64,000 nucleotides of DNA, from NCBI GenBank assembly GCA_964016885.1, contig OZ024743.1:230578001-230642000 (forward strand). Reading direction: 5' to 3'. A program made the position numbers and the translations under genes. This DNA comes from Eledone cirrhosa (Eukaryota). Below, in pieces: positions 27,466 through 40,789 of the stretch. The notes under the pieces were generated by a model. It was not told the origin of the DNA and did no database searches. It worked only from the letters and a program-made list of their open reading frames with translations. Position 1 is the stretch's first letter. Each line of letters starts with the position of its first letter.

Positions 27466-28524
27466 ATGGAAAGCATCCAGCCAATAGCTAACTCCATCCA
27501 CCAAAGTATTAGAGTTACTATAGACTACCCAAGTAAACACCCCAACCATCGATTACCTGTACTAGACACAGAGTTCTGGTTAGATACCATTAATAACAAA
27601 AAACAAATCCTCCATTCCCATTATGCCAAACCGATGACTTCCAAATATCTGATCCACCGGAACTCAGCTGTTTCGGACCATACCAAAATCAACATACTGA
27701 TTGCGGATTTGGTACGGGTGATGAGAAACGTGTCCCGCATGTGCAACCCCGAAGTACTAGAGAGACACATACAACACTTCATCCACCGTATGCAGTTCTC
27801 TGATTACAATCAGAGAGATAAAATCAGAGTGTATAGAGGAGCCAGAACCAAATGGGAAAAAATGGTAAATAATGACACAAATGGGACCTGACCCTTGTAT
27901 AGGAGCAAATTTTGGAATAGAATAGAAAGAACTAGTAATAAGGCTAATAGAATAAACTCATGGTATGATAGCAATAAATTACCAGAGTGTAATGTTCATC
28001 AATAAAACCCCTAGAGGTGAATTAGATTACAAATTTAGAAGGGCCCTAGATAAACATAAACTCAATATTAAGATAGTAGAAAGACCAGGTACCTCCGTAA
28101 AAGCACTTATTAGCCAGACATACCCTTTTCAAAGAGCCCCTGCATAGATAAGAAATGTATAACCTGTAAATTAAGCCCCCATATTAACTGTAAAACTAGA
28201 AATGTAGTATATAGCATAAGATGTACTGAAGGACAATGTAGAGACAAGAATATAGTGTACATAGGTGAGACAGCTCGTAGTGTAGGGGAACGGATAAATG
28301 AACACTGGCGAGACCTTCAAGATAGTAAAGAATCATCTGTACTCTACCAACATGCTAAAATAGAACATAAGGGTAAATTAGAGAACATAGAAATAAAAAT
28401 AGAATCTACACACAGAAAAGATGCAATGTTTAGACAAATTACAGAGGCAATAAACATAAAAGAATTACAACCAAAATTAAATAGAAAACATGAGTGGAAC
28501 AGCAACATCACAACTCACATTTAA
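27466..28524 (+). pseudogene. PLE RT C-terminus + GIY-YIG endonuclease (interrupted)
   Basis: LPVLDTEFW..HYAKPMTSKYLIHRNSA (PLE RT thumb); C..C...NCKTRNVVYSIRC; YIGETARSVGERINEH..SVLYQH..RQITEAINIKELQPKLNRKHEW. One stop codon and frameshifts. Confidence 0.88.
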
Positions 28525-28724
28525 GGACAAAATGAAAACACACACGCACATAGAACAAACAACCAATCTGTAACATGTAAATAAACAAATAAATAAACGA
28601 ATATAAACACACACAGACATCCGGATGTGGCGCATGCGCAGACTGAGCACACAACACACACACAGAAACAAGATGGCGTAGGACAGAACAAAGGAGAGGC
28701 ACAAAAACAAAGAAAAGAATCCCC

Positions 28725-28768
28725 AGTCCCTGAAGAGGTCACAGAATGTGTGACGAAATAACTTTGAC
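28725..28768 (+). ncRNA. Hammerhead-like motif in PLE pLTR (mirror copy 26979-27021 minus)
   Basis: GTCC-CTGAAGA-GGTCAC-AGAATGT-GTGAC-GAAA-TAACTT-TGAC. The mirror copy restores stem I (GTCA/TGAC) but has CTGAACA, so each copy is partly mutated. Confidence 0.55.
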
Positions 28769-28976
28769 AATATATAAACAACCATCTGGTTGTGGAACCA
28801 ACCAACCAACAGGAAATTTATAAATTCCTAAATTTACAAATTTATAATTATAAATTGAAGTGAAAGCATCTGGTGCGTGTGTTTCTTATTAGCAACATGA
28901 CCCTCCCAAAGTATAACAATATCGGTTTCAACACACGTTTTCAGATAAAGAATCTTGCTAAACAAATTCAGAAACG

Positions 28977-29079
<103 letters not shown>

Positions 29080-30105
29080 ATGATATGATATGATATGATA
29101 TGATAAGGAAGAGGATTTACTTTAAAAGGTTTTGTTGTATATTTCATATATACGTTTTACCATGACACTAAATGCCCGCATTGATTTTGCCTCCGGCATG
29201 GATACACTCTTGGCTCGACATTTCCGTTCCCCCGGCCATTCTATCATACATGTCTAAGTCCTCGGTGTCCTTTTACGTCACGGATCACAGACCTCGCTCA
29301 CGAGGACGGAGCAGAGTAGTATTTTCCACCTTAGGGCCAGCTTCCCTAATTGACTACACCCCATCCCAAATTTCTTTAATCTTGCTCACATACGCTCGTG
29401 CTTACTTTTCTACACCTAGCCACTCTCACTCTCACCTCGTCCGGTATCACACACGCATGCGTACATGCAACCCCTAGGTTCCTCTGGTTCTGTTATGGTC
29501 AGTAGTCACACTCTTACAGATTATATAGAACAACAAAAATCACACACATCTCTAAACTTAAATTTACAGCTCTGTCCGCACCAACAACTAACATACACAC
29601 ACACTGTTGTACACACATGTTTACAGTTTCGTAATGACAAACCCATACACACTCTGTCTTATACTTAGATACACACACATATGCTCATAGCTTTGTACGG
29701 ACGAATAACAAACGCACAAACACACTCACGTATACGCACGCGCATACGTACAACTCTATATACGAAACGTTTTTTATTCCCTATCAGCCAGACGCGTTCT
29801 ATCACCAACTTTTAAAACAAGATTATCTTACACAAAATGCCAGCATGAACAGTTTTCCTGGAGATGGCGACGTGAGTAGATATGGTTATCTTTTTCCATT
29901 TTTTCTGTTTGTGCCACTGCCCGTTTCCCCAATCTATCTATTTCTTCTTTAATTTCTCATTCTATTTCCTGATGAAAGAAAAGCGTCCTACTCTTTTCCT
30001 AATATATGAAGCGTAAAACTAATAATATATTTCTTGCTTGTAATCTACTGTTTTCTTTTATTTCTGTTTGCATTCACGCACACATAATCACTCACGCACA
30101 CATAA

Positions 30106-30146
<41 letters not shown>

Positions 30147-30211
30147 TATATATATATATGGATATATATATATATATATATATATATGAATGTACATATT
30201 GTATATTTAAT

Positions 30212-30400
30212 AATTGTTTCTACTTCAGGCACAAGGCCAGCAAATATCCAGTTCATTACTGGTACTTTATTTTATCGACCCCGTAAGGATGAAAGGCAAA
30301 GTCAACCTCGGCGGGATTTGAACTCAGATCGTAAAGGGACGTAACTATGCTGGAAAGCATGGCCTCCGACCCTCTATCGATACTGCCAATCCACCGCCCT
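30212..30400 (-). mobile_element. tRNA-derived SINE with 14-bp TSD
   Basis: Full-length family member; ATTGTATATTTAAT at 30198-30211 and 30403-30416. Confidence 0.9.
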
Positions 30401-30527
30401 AAATTGTATATTTAATTATATACTGTATGTTTATTTTAAAACATTTTGAAGGCTTTACTGTATATTATTAAATATACAATTCGGACATTCACCTGTAATA
30501 TCAATATTTCAGAGCGTCAACACAAAT

Positions 30528-30639
<112 letters not shown>

Positions 30640-31529
30640 TATAAACATATATAAAGAGGAAAGGTAAGTAATTTCCTACTACCTTATTACCTCTAAGAGA
30701 AATAGCTCAATGTAAGAACATCAGTTGTTTTACAGAGCAGGAAAATAAATTAGACAATTGTCAAAGTTGTGTTCAAATTATTTAATAGCTGACAATCGTT
30801 TCTTCCAAACTTTTGTTTGGAATCATTGGAGCATTATCAATGCTTGTACATATAATTGACCTCCTAGTCAACTGAACAATCACATAGATACATATATATT
30901 GATGTTGTGAGCAACAGTTTCGTATTTACAGAGTTTACTGGATGCGACATATATTACACGAGAATTGTACAATAATTCAAATTGTACAATAATTCAAATT
31001 GCACTGAGTGGAATACATGCAACAGATAATACAAGAGAATAGTCTAATAAGTAAAGAGTCATTGAGAAAGAAGCATTGAGAGAGGAATAGTAAATTAGCA
31101 GTATATATGCAAGCGTGTAGAAAGTGCACATGCGTTAGTCATATATATGAGAAGGAAATAAGCAAAGGTAGTATGCATATATAGATAAATAAATACTGCG
31201 AGGTAGGCAAATATGTTAATGTATTAAAATCTATATGCAGATGTAATATGTTGATAGTGTTCGAATTTTTATGTGTGTTTAGAAAAACAAAGTTATTGCA
31301 GTCCATTCCATTACATATGTTGAATTATATTTTAGTTAATGTTTATATTGAATGTTTTAAGTTAGTTAAAGCAATGGATTGTAAATTAGTCTTATCGTAT
31401 TATTATTCATGGATTAGCGTTGTTCAACAGGTAGTTTTTACAACGGTTTAATTTCCGGAGTGATTATGTCACCCAAGATTAAGGGGAGCTAATACATAAG
31501 GGGAGGTAACTAGCTAAATAAATTCAATT

Positions 31530-31604
31530 AGGGGTTGATAAAATAAAGTACCAATAATGCACCGGGTAATTGCTGGCTTTGTGCCTAAAGTAGAAACAAT
31601 TATT
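31530..31604 (+). mobile_element. 5'-truncated SINE (3' part)
   Basis: GGGGTTGATAAAATAAAGTACC..GGCTTTGTGCCTAAAGTAGAAACAATTATT. Confidence 0.75.
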
Positions 31605-32259
31605 TAAATTCTATGCTCTAATACACATTATAATGTGATACAAGTGAATCTCTATTACATAATGTTATATATTTATACTTAATTTTAAATAAAGTCTATT
31701 TTCCTATAATACATTAAAGGTCTCATTAGATTTTATCTAGTCATTCCGGACAAGATATATGTTATGGAAAAATTATATAGCTGTTTACATGTCCAAATAG
31801 TTATATCATTTGTGTAATAATATACATTATTGTGTTAAAAGTTAATCCCTTATATACAATGCTATTATTTTATATATTTAATTATAAATGTATATATACT
31901 TTATTATTATTATTATAATGTGTTAAAAGTAAATCCTTTATATACATGCTATTAATTTAAATATTTAATTATAAATGTACATATAATTTATTATTACATA
32001 ATACATTAAATGTCTTATACATATTATATATCCATTGCTGTATATAATATAATTAAGCTATAGTAGTTATATCAAAAGGTGGTATCCTTTTGCTTAATTC
32101 TAACAGTTATTGTAGAGTATAAGGTTAGAGATAAATAGGAGTTGTGTAGAGGAAAGAGCTGATGAAAGAGCGTGTTGCTGTGGGGGCTGATAATTCCTAG
32201 ATGTAAAGTGTTAATGGTGGTGGGGAATTCAAATCTGACATTGTTATATTCTAGCAGCT

Positions 32260-33806
32260 AGGTTTAAAGTTATGGAACGAGTGTCGGTAGTGGTGCTTGC
32301 ATGAGGAAAATATCTCTGACTTTCTATTTAGGAGGTCTAGTTTCGAAAAGATTATCGTACGGGTCTCTAGAAGAAAGATATTACACAATTTATTCGGTGG
32401 TTTATACGATGTGGCCCTACCTACTACTTCCTATTGAAATGTAAATGGTCTATTCCTAGTTTTCAGAGAGAGTACGTAGCTAGATAAAGAAGTGGTGTTG
32501 GCTAGATTGTGTTTTTTTGAAAGAGTGGAGGTGCGAGTTGTATCTCGTCTTGAATCAGTTCGAAGTAGAGCCAATATATGTTTTAGAAGAGTTGTTTGCG
32601 TAGATGATGTCTTTGGTTAAGCAATTATTACCTAAGGGGCAAGTTCTATTTGTTCTACAGATACATTTATTCCGGATGTTTGCTTGCCGGTTACTATGCT
32701 GTGTAGAAGTCTGGTTGCGAGGGATAGCATTAGGGTAATGATGGTTGTCATTCATATTGTTATTGATTTCATTAGTGCTATTACCATTATTACTATTATT
32801 ATTACTATTATTATTACTATGGTTTACAGGTACTAAGTTTACCTCCTGTTGTGTTTTAATTAGTTGGAAATAATTATTAATCTTCCTTTTATTACTACTA
32901 GCTATATGGTATGCGATGTTAGGTGTGCTAGAGTAAGATATTTTAATGGTATTGTTATTGATAAGATTATGGTACTTGTGGCCGGATGGGAAGTATTTTT
33001 CCCAGATTGAGAAGAAAGTCTTAGGCAAGTTGGTAGAGACGTTTAGATTGAAGGGGTTTGAAGAATATATTAGTTCTTCTATGTTTGTTTTTTTGTAATG
33101 TGTTTTGTATTCCTGTTTATATTATTATCGTGGTGTTTACTTTAGTGCGAGTTAAGTTTCAAATTACCCTTCGTCTTAGAGTTATAGTGGCTAGTACTTT
33201 TATTATTTTTCCTCATGGCCATATTGTGAGAAATAATTGTTTCTACTTTAGGCACAATGCCAGCAATTACCCAGTGCATTACTGGTACTTTATTTTATCG
33301 ACCCAGTAAGGATGAAAGGCAAAGTCAACCTCGGAGGGATTTGAACTCAGATCGTAAAGGGACGTAACTATGCTAAAAAGCATGGCGTCCGACCCTCTAC
33401 TGATACAACCAATCAACCGCCCTTTATATTGTGAGAAATAATGTTGTAACTATGTGATTTTATAGGTAGTAATTAAATCCCATTCTTATGTCCTGATTTA
33501 GCTAACGCCTCATTATAGTATTGTGAATTATTGTGATTTTTACCCACCCTAGAATAGAAAAAGTGGTTTATTTATATGATAGATTAGAGATTTTATTAGA
33601 TATTCCTTTAGTAATTGAGTTTAATATGGATGTAAGGTGGTTAGAGTTGGTATACACATAAATTAGTTTTTCGTTTGGTTTATGAAAGGGTGTGTATATT
33701 TTAGAGTCTAGGGAAAGGGTAGCATCAAGGAAATTAACGTTTTTAGTGTTTTTAACTAAGGTGATACTTAAGTTGAAGTTTTTGAAAATTTTATGTAATT
33801 GTCTCC
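32260..33806 (-). pseudogene. PLE RT thumb + GIY-YIG endonuclease (degraded, SINE-interrupted)
   Basis: VNFLDATLSL..YTPFHKPNEKLIYVYTNSNH; NTIKISYSSTPNI; CICRTNRTCPLGNNCLTKDIIY..KTYIGST; downstream LLNRKSEIFSSCKH. Confidence 0.85.
33238..33423 (-). mobile_element. tRNA-derived SINE inserted in the PLE ORF, 17-bp TSD
   Basis: ATATTGTGAGAAATAAT at 33221-33237 and 33426-33442. Confidence 0.9.
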
Positions 33807-34254
33807 TGGACTGCAATAACTTTGCTTTTCTCAACACACACAAATTCGAACACTTTCAACATATTACATCCGACATAGATTTTAATACATTAACATATTT
33901 GCTTACCATACAGTATTTATTTATCTATATATGCATAATACCTTTGCTTATTTCCTTCTCATATATATGACTAACGCATGTGCACTTTCTACACGCTATG
34001 TACTGCTAATTTACTAACCCTCTCTCAATGCTTCTTTCTCAATGACTCTTTTCTTATTAGACTATTCTCTTGTATTATCTGTTGCATGAATTCCACTCTG
34101 TGCTTTTAATTTGAATTATTGTACAATTCTCGTTTAATATATGTCGCATCCAATAGACTCTGTAAATACGAAACTGTTGCTCACAACATCAATATATATG
34201 TATCTATGTGATTGTTCAGTTGTATAGGAGGTTAATTAAATGTACAAACATTGA

Positions 34255-34308
34255 TAATGCTCCGATGAATCCAAACGAAAGTTTGGAAGAAACGATTGTC
34301 AGCTATTA
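34255..34308 (+). ncRNA. Type I hammerhead motif in pLTR (mirror copy 30783-30837 minus)
   Basis: TAATGCT-CCGATGA-ATCCAAAC-GAAA-GTTTGGAA-GAAAC-GATT-GTC-AGCTATTA. The core is a U4C variant; the mirror copy additionally has G5A. Confidence 0.65.
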
Positions 34309-34351
34309 AATGATTTGAACACACCTTTGATAATTGTCTAATTTATATATA

Positions 34352-35115
34352 TATGTTTCTTCTCTCTTCATAATGTAATTTTAACTCTGATACTGGTTCA
34401 GTCTAGTTCAACCGGATTAGTCATTCATTGAGCAACATCGGTGAGGTTGGCACCCTTAACTCACGGTTGGGTGTGGATGCATTCATGTATATGTGTGTGT
34501 CCGCATCTATCTGTGTGTTTCTAAATATATTGTTAATAACTCCCTCTGGTTGAGTAATCTTTGAAGTGTGGTGACTGCTGGAAAGCTGCCATTACTCATA
34601 CTTCTCTCCTCCTTCACCACCTCTTCTACGGCTTCGATATAAATACCCCCTCCGCCTCTGTGGTATTTTCTTCGGGGTTATAAGAGGCTTAGCTCTGTTT
34701 CTCGACCGTTATATCGCGTGACTATCTCCCCCCTCCGCCTTTTGGGATTCTTTCTCACGTCGTGTAGACGCGTTCTTGAGTCTAGTAAAATGAGGTATCC
34801 TCTTGATAAGTCGGCATACCTCGCAGGGACTCTATATCTTTATGATGTATTGTTTTTGTTTATGCCACGAAACTACGTAGTCGAGGAATCTAGGAGCAGT
34901 TTAGGTATGATACATTTTATTACTAATTATATCTAAATGTTTCTTCTCTCTTCATAATGTAATTTTAACTCTGATACTGGTTCAGTCTAGTTCAACCGGA
35001 TTGGTCTGTCCCAGTCATTCATTGAGCAACATCCGTGAGGTTGGCACCCTTAACTCACGGTTGGGTGTGGATGCATTCATGTATATGTGTGTGTCCGCAT
35101 CTATCTGTGTGTTTC

Positions 35116-35122
<7 letters not shown>
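34352..35122 (+). mobile_element. ~595-bp HHR-bearing unit, ~1.3 tandem copies (same family as 17795-18651)
   Basis: Reverse-complement match to 17795-18651; 34352.. is repeated at ~34938.. Confidence 0.8.
34798..34887 (+). ncRNA. Type I hammerhead ribozyme, U3-A8 core variant, long stem II
   Basis: TCCTC-TTGATAA-[GTCGGCATA...TATGCCAC]-GAAAC-TACGTA-GTC-GAGGA. Stem I is a perfect 5 bp, stem III is the palindrome ACTACGTAGT, and the triplet is GUC. Confidence 0.75.
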
Positions 35123-35197
<75 letters not shown>

Positions 35198-35202
<5 letters not shown>

Positions 35203-35784
35203 CGTTAAGACGGGCGTTCGGGAAAGTGAAAATAAATTTTTTGACATGACAACACTGTGAATTTGTTTGTTTGTTTTTTTTATAGTGAAAGTTACGATAC
35301 ACACGCAATTGTATGGATTTCTTAATATATATATATGTGTGGGTGTGTATATGTGTGTATATATATGTGTGTCTGTATGTATATATATATGTGTGTTTGT
35401 ATATATATATGTGTTTGTGTCATCATCATCGTTTAACGTCTATCTAAAGAAAAATAATCACACACGCAATACTAATTAACACCATATCACTATAGAGACC
35501 TGTTGTAAATAAACAACACGCTATACTAATTAACACCATATCACTATAGAGACCTTTTGTAAATAAACAAACAAATTCACAGTGTACACACATATATACA
35601 CACATATACACACCCACACATATATATATATATATTAAGAAATCCATACAATTGCGTGTGTATCGTACAATTGCGTGTGTATCGTAACTTTCACTATTGA
35701 GACCTGTTGTAAAAAAGAAAACAAACAAATTCACATTGTCAAACATTACTTTCACTTTCCGGAACGCCCGTCATAACGTATGCC
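35198..35784. mobile_element. MITE-like element with long imperfect TIRs in (TA)n
   Basis: GGCATGCGTTAAGACGGGCGTTCGGGAAAGTGAAA matches the reverse complement of TTTCACTTTCCGGAACGCCCGTCATAACGTATGCC, and the inverted similarity extends ~170 bp. Internal ~55-bp direct repeats at ~35464 and ~35518. Confidence 0.6.
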
Positions 35785-35887
<103 letters not shown>

Positions 35888-37669
35888 TGGGATTGTGTTA
35901 TTAGTCTGACTAGGAATATACAGAATAAATTTGATCAAAGCCCTGTAGCGTGCACTCGAACTAGGAAAGACCTTGTTGCAAAATGAATATATTAAATATC
36001 TAATAATGAATAATAGGATTCTTTTCACAAACATCAAGGCGTTAGTTGCCATCAACAATCAACCGTAAAATATGCTATCTGTGTTTGTATATTTATTTAT
36101 TTCTGTCTGTAACTATTGATCATTTAGCAATATAAGAACCAACACAATGCATTTATTACCTCAGTCATCTTGCTACGATAAAACTTTCATTTTTCAATCT
36201 CAATGTTGTGGGTTCTTCTGTAATTAGTTGTTTCCCCAAAGTTACTCACACAATTAATTCGATACATGCTGAACATTTATACAATTATATAATGAAGTAT
36301 TAAAAGAAATGAAGTATTAAAATATCATTCTTATATTTCCCCACTTTCACGTGTCAGTAATCAAAATAAACCATTAATTTAACAAAATAAAAATTTCCCA
36401 GTTCGTACGATTGTGCATATATTTTGTAATCTTCATATATATGGCCTACCTATCCTTCACACCGGAAAGTAAATACATTCAACACTATTCCCGTGGTTAT
36501 TACAATTAAGTTTGATAACATTCAGCAAATGATTTCGAAGTAGGCAGTTATTTGGCATTTTTTGTAACATTTTACAGACAAGAAAAAAACACTTGATTAC
36601 AGGAAAAACAGGAAGGACATACTTGACAACATAGAATAGGATAGACTAGGGTAGAATAACATAGGTTATTTTAGAATATTATGTTAAGTTATTATCTTAG
36701 TAATAATAAAAATGACTGAAATAAAATGTATTTCTAAAGAAAAATGGTCACAAAAAGGTTACAAGCAAACCGGCAGCAAAACCGAATCGCCGGGCCGATA
36801 TATACAGTCGTGATATATTTACGCAAAAACAAGCATCTAGATATAAGCACACTAACCAACACACAGAAAATTACGCACTCCAATAAATGCATTTAAACTC
36901 ACATACGCAATTAACAGGTATATAGAGTATCTATCACAAAAAAATGGTCATTAACCTTTATATGTTGTAAACAACTTCTCTTCGGACAGCTTGTCAAATT
37001 AGTTAAACCTTTTTAGAATATTTAACTTAAAAGTAACCAAATTCTAAAAGATAACTAATATATCATGACGTTTGAAAATATAATTGTAATATTTTCAACA
37101 TAAAAATAATTCGAAAAACATGTTGAAATGTCTTCATATATAGATGATTAAAAATAATTATCTTCTAGACATTTTTCACGTCATTATCCTCATCGTCCAT
37201 GTTGTTGTCGCCATCACCACCACCTCCACCAACAATATCATCTTCATCATCTTCATAGTTAACATCATTTCCATCATCACCTCTATTACCATCATCACCA
37301 CTCATCTTTATCCTTTTCATAATCAACATCATGATAATAGTCAACATCATCTTATAAGTCTCTCTATACGTTAACTTTGTATCCGAAAGAATAAATAAAT
37401 CACATAACAGGTATGTATGTCTATGTATGTATGTATGTATGTATGTTCTTCTGGTTTTATAATTTCACAAAGTTTTACCAATAGAGAGAGAGTCGGTTTC
37501 TAACATAGACACAAGACTCTCTCATTGGAATTTACACAACATCAACTAGGTAAATATGTATGTATGCATGCATGTGTAGATATTGATGTTATTGTATGTG
37601 GGTATGTGGTTGTTTTGAGTTGTATGTGTGCATGTGTATATACTTTCTATCTGTACATGTGTATATGCA

Positions 37670-39215
37670 GTTATTAGATGCAAAATGTTTGGAATGTTTT
37701 ACATATTTTTACTCTTCCATTAATGGATTGTACTTGTAATTTCATAACTAGTTGTGTTCTTTCTGTTCATGTGAAGCCTAGCTTCTCAAGATTTGTATTG
37801 AGGCAGTTACTAACATATCCCAGTGCCCTAATAATCACAGGCATAAATCTGAAGGTGTAATCAGTGTGGAGTATCGGCTGATTTTTAATAATCAGTTCTG
37901 CATAAATATTCTCCTTTTCACTAATCTTTGATATTATATTGGCATCTGCTGGGCAGCTAATTTCCACTACTGTGCATGTTTTCTTCTCCCTGTCCCATAT
38001 CATAATATCTGGTCTGTTATGCCTAAATTTTATTGGGGTTTTTACTGGAACATTCCACCAGTACCCTTTCATATTATGTACATGGATATCTTCCACATTG
38101 TTGTAGATTTTAATGTGTTTATTATCGGGGCTATCTTTTTTACGAACTGCATTGTACAGTGTTTTGGCCACTACATCATGCCTCATAGGTACATAGTACC
38201 GCGATGACATCTTTGGACAGCTGCTGATGACATGGGTGACATCCTCAATGTTAGTTCTGCAGAGTCTGCACTTGTTATCACATCTAGGTGCTTTGCCTGC
38301 ATCCCTATCTCTTTTGTGAATCAGGTATTTCGTGCTAATCTCCTGTTCCTGGATTGCAAAAGCGTATCCTCCAAAGTGGGAGCCAATATAGCCGTTGTTG
38401 GTTCAATATAGACTACTTTCCTTATCTATATTACTCTCACCCGGGAGCTCCCTAGCAACATTTCCATGCTTGATTTTTTGCTGATAGGCATGCAGTTTTT
38501 CATCCATGGATTCACTGCGATAGTGCTGAGCGACATCCCTGGGTGTGAGTTTTTGATTATCACACAGGGAATATCTCTCAAGCAGTTCCTTCTCAACTCT
38601 CATGATCTTATCTGTTTCATGCAGATAGACTTGCTCGAGAAACGGGCTCCTACGCTTCGAGGTTCGTAGATGTTGTCGGAGAGATATGATGCGACATTCA
38701 AATGTTGTCTGGACTGATGTTAGGCCTCTGCCTCCCTGCTTACGTTTCAAGTAAAGGCGGTCTATGTCACTGTTGATGTGGAAGTTTCCGGTGTTGTTCA
38801 GTATTTTTCGAGTTCCAACATCAACTGCTCGGATTTCGTCTATCGTCCAATTGAGTATTCCAAACGATGGTGTTAGGACAGGCACAGCAAACACATTGTG
38901 AGCCACTTTTTTGTTTTGCGCAGAGAGTTCCGATGACCAGATCTTTCTTAATCGGGTGTAGTATTCCCTGGTTAAGCGTTCTTTATTACAGATACCATTA
39001 TAGGATATGTTCTCATCTATCCCCATGTATCTCATCTATCCATCAGATATCGGTGAAACAGTTAGGCCATTGTTGACAATGTTGCTATTGGGCTGTTGTT
39101 TTTCCCCGGTTTACAGTCATGTATGAGCATTTATCTTGGCCAAATTCCATTCCTATATCCTTTGAGAACGTTGTAACCAGGTAAAGATTTTTCCTCATCC
39201 CATCCATGTTCTTGG
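37670..39215 (-). pseudogene. 5'-truncated R4/Dong-like RLE non-LTR retrotransposon (older family)
   Basis: FSKDIGMEFGQDKC (RT), DIDRLYLKRKQGGRGL, CCHC knuckle CRLCRTNIEDVTHVISSC, RHD..PDIMIWD..VEISCP..EKENIY (RLE). The 5' end abuts (TATG)n. Confidence 0.85.
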
Positions 39216-40789
39216 CATGTATGTATGTATGTATGTATGTATATATGTATGTATGTTTGTATTTATGCATTTATTGCTGTATATATGTTTATATAACTGT
39301 AAGCATATATAGCCTTATATTTTTCGATATAGAGATAGATAAGTTCAAATATACCTGTATGGGTTAACAAATATATAAATATATTTTTACACTCATATAC
39401 GCGCAAACACACACATGGACACACACACACACACACACACGCATATATATATATATATATATGTATAAATATGTATATTATGCATGTATGTACAAATGTA
39501 TGTATGTATATTACCGTCATTACTGATATAAGATTACAATATTAGGTCAATCGTTGACCTTCAAAAGAGTTCGTATAGTTGAAGCCGTTCGTGTTACCGT
39601 TCAATATTATTATAATTGCTTTACAGCCTAGAGCTACGGCCCTCCACGCTCCGAGCTCAAATCCCACCTAGGTCAGCCTGCCCCCCCCCCCCCCCCCCAT
39701 CCCCACAGAGTCAACAAAAGAGAACACCAGTGATGCGCTGGAACAATCGGTGGCTCCGTGCCAAAAGCAGAAGAATTATTATTTTTAAAGTTGTTGTTTT
39801 CTTAAGGCCCGGTCGCTGGTGATGTAGGATGGGGTGGTGGTGGTGGATGGTGGTGATGGTGGTGGTGGCAGTTGATGTTGTTGTTGAGTTGTGTTTGTGT
39901 TTTGTTATTTTGTGTGTTTTTTTTTGTTATTGTTGTTTTTATTTTTATCGTTTGATGCCGCTGTTGTTGGAAATGTTCATTTCAATTCATTCTGAAGGTG
40001 TTGTTGACATACACATTCAGCACAGAATAGAGAGTTTGACAACACATCGGTGACTTTAGTCTAAATATGGTAATGACATGTGTAAATGTAAATGATGTGG
40101 TGGGGAGAGAGTGTAGACATTATTGTGAGATGTATCTAGTTCATTTGTCCGTTTTCTTCTCTTTGCAAAATTTGAATTTTAGCCATGTTATATTGAGATG
40201 TAAGTAAATGTAAAATGTGAAATATAAATAAGGATTGCTCTGGCAAAATATACGAAAATATTTGTGTAACTTCCACAAACTTCTGTCATGATATTTCCGA
40301 GACCATGGAGCAAAGAATTGTTGTATTTTGAGGTTTCAGAATACAAAAATTAATTAAAAACTTACCCCACGAAAAAAAAAAAAAATATATATATATATCT
40401 CTGTGTGTGTAAGTGAGTAGCGTGTGTGTGTTTATTTGTATGTATGAGTGTTGGTGTGTGCGCGCGTATGTATGTGTGCGTGTGCGCATGTTTGTATGTC
40501 GTACGTATAAATGTCAATAAGTGAGTTTTCTTTTTTTTATGCGCGGGGACATAGAAATAGTCGGGCTGGATAACCGATCGCGCAGTTAAACCACTGGGAG
40601 TGAAGAACCCCTAGCCCTTGTCAGGGCATTCTTCTAGGAGAAGGCATCTCAGGGAACTGGTTTAACTCCAACATAAGCCTGCGGCTCAGTAGTTACCGAT
40701 GATGTTGATCTTTTCTTCTTTTAGGCTTATAGCTACTGTCGCTCAGAGAGTGGGTTTGGCTCAGTGCACAGTCTTTCCGCACTTTAAAA

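Larger units (their letters stand above)
26825..28975 (+). mobile_element. Penelope-like retroelement, 5'-truncated, with inverted 3' copy at its 5' end
   Basis: 26825-27404 is the reverse complement of 28343-28922. Internal RT-thumb and GIY-YIG coding. HHR-like core in both pLTR copies. (TA)n flanks. Confidence 0.9.
30655..34346 (-). mobile_element. Penelope-like retroelement with inverted pLTR copy
   Basis: ~30746-31305 is the reverse complement of 33807-34346. Minus-strand RT/GIY-YIG remnants lie between the arms. HHR motifs in both arms. Confidence 0.85.

Noticed and set aside
39590-39785. Highly diverged SINE-like copies (also ~7850-7950) and an RTE-like non-coding fragment at ~40570-40705
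   Set aside because: Similarity is visible only in short patches and boundaries are not definable by eye.
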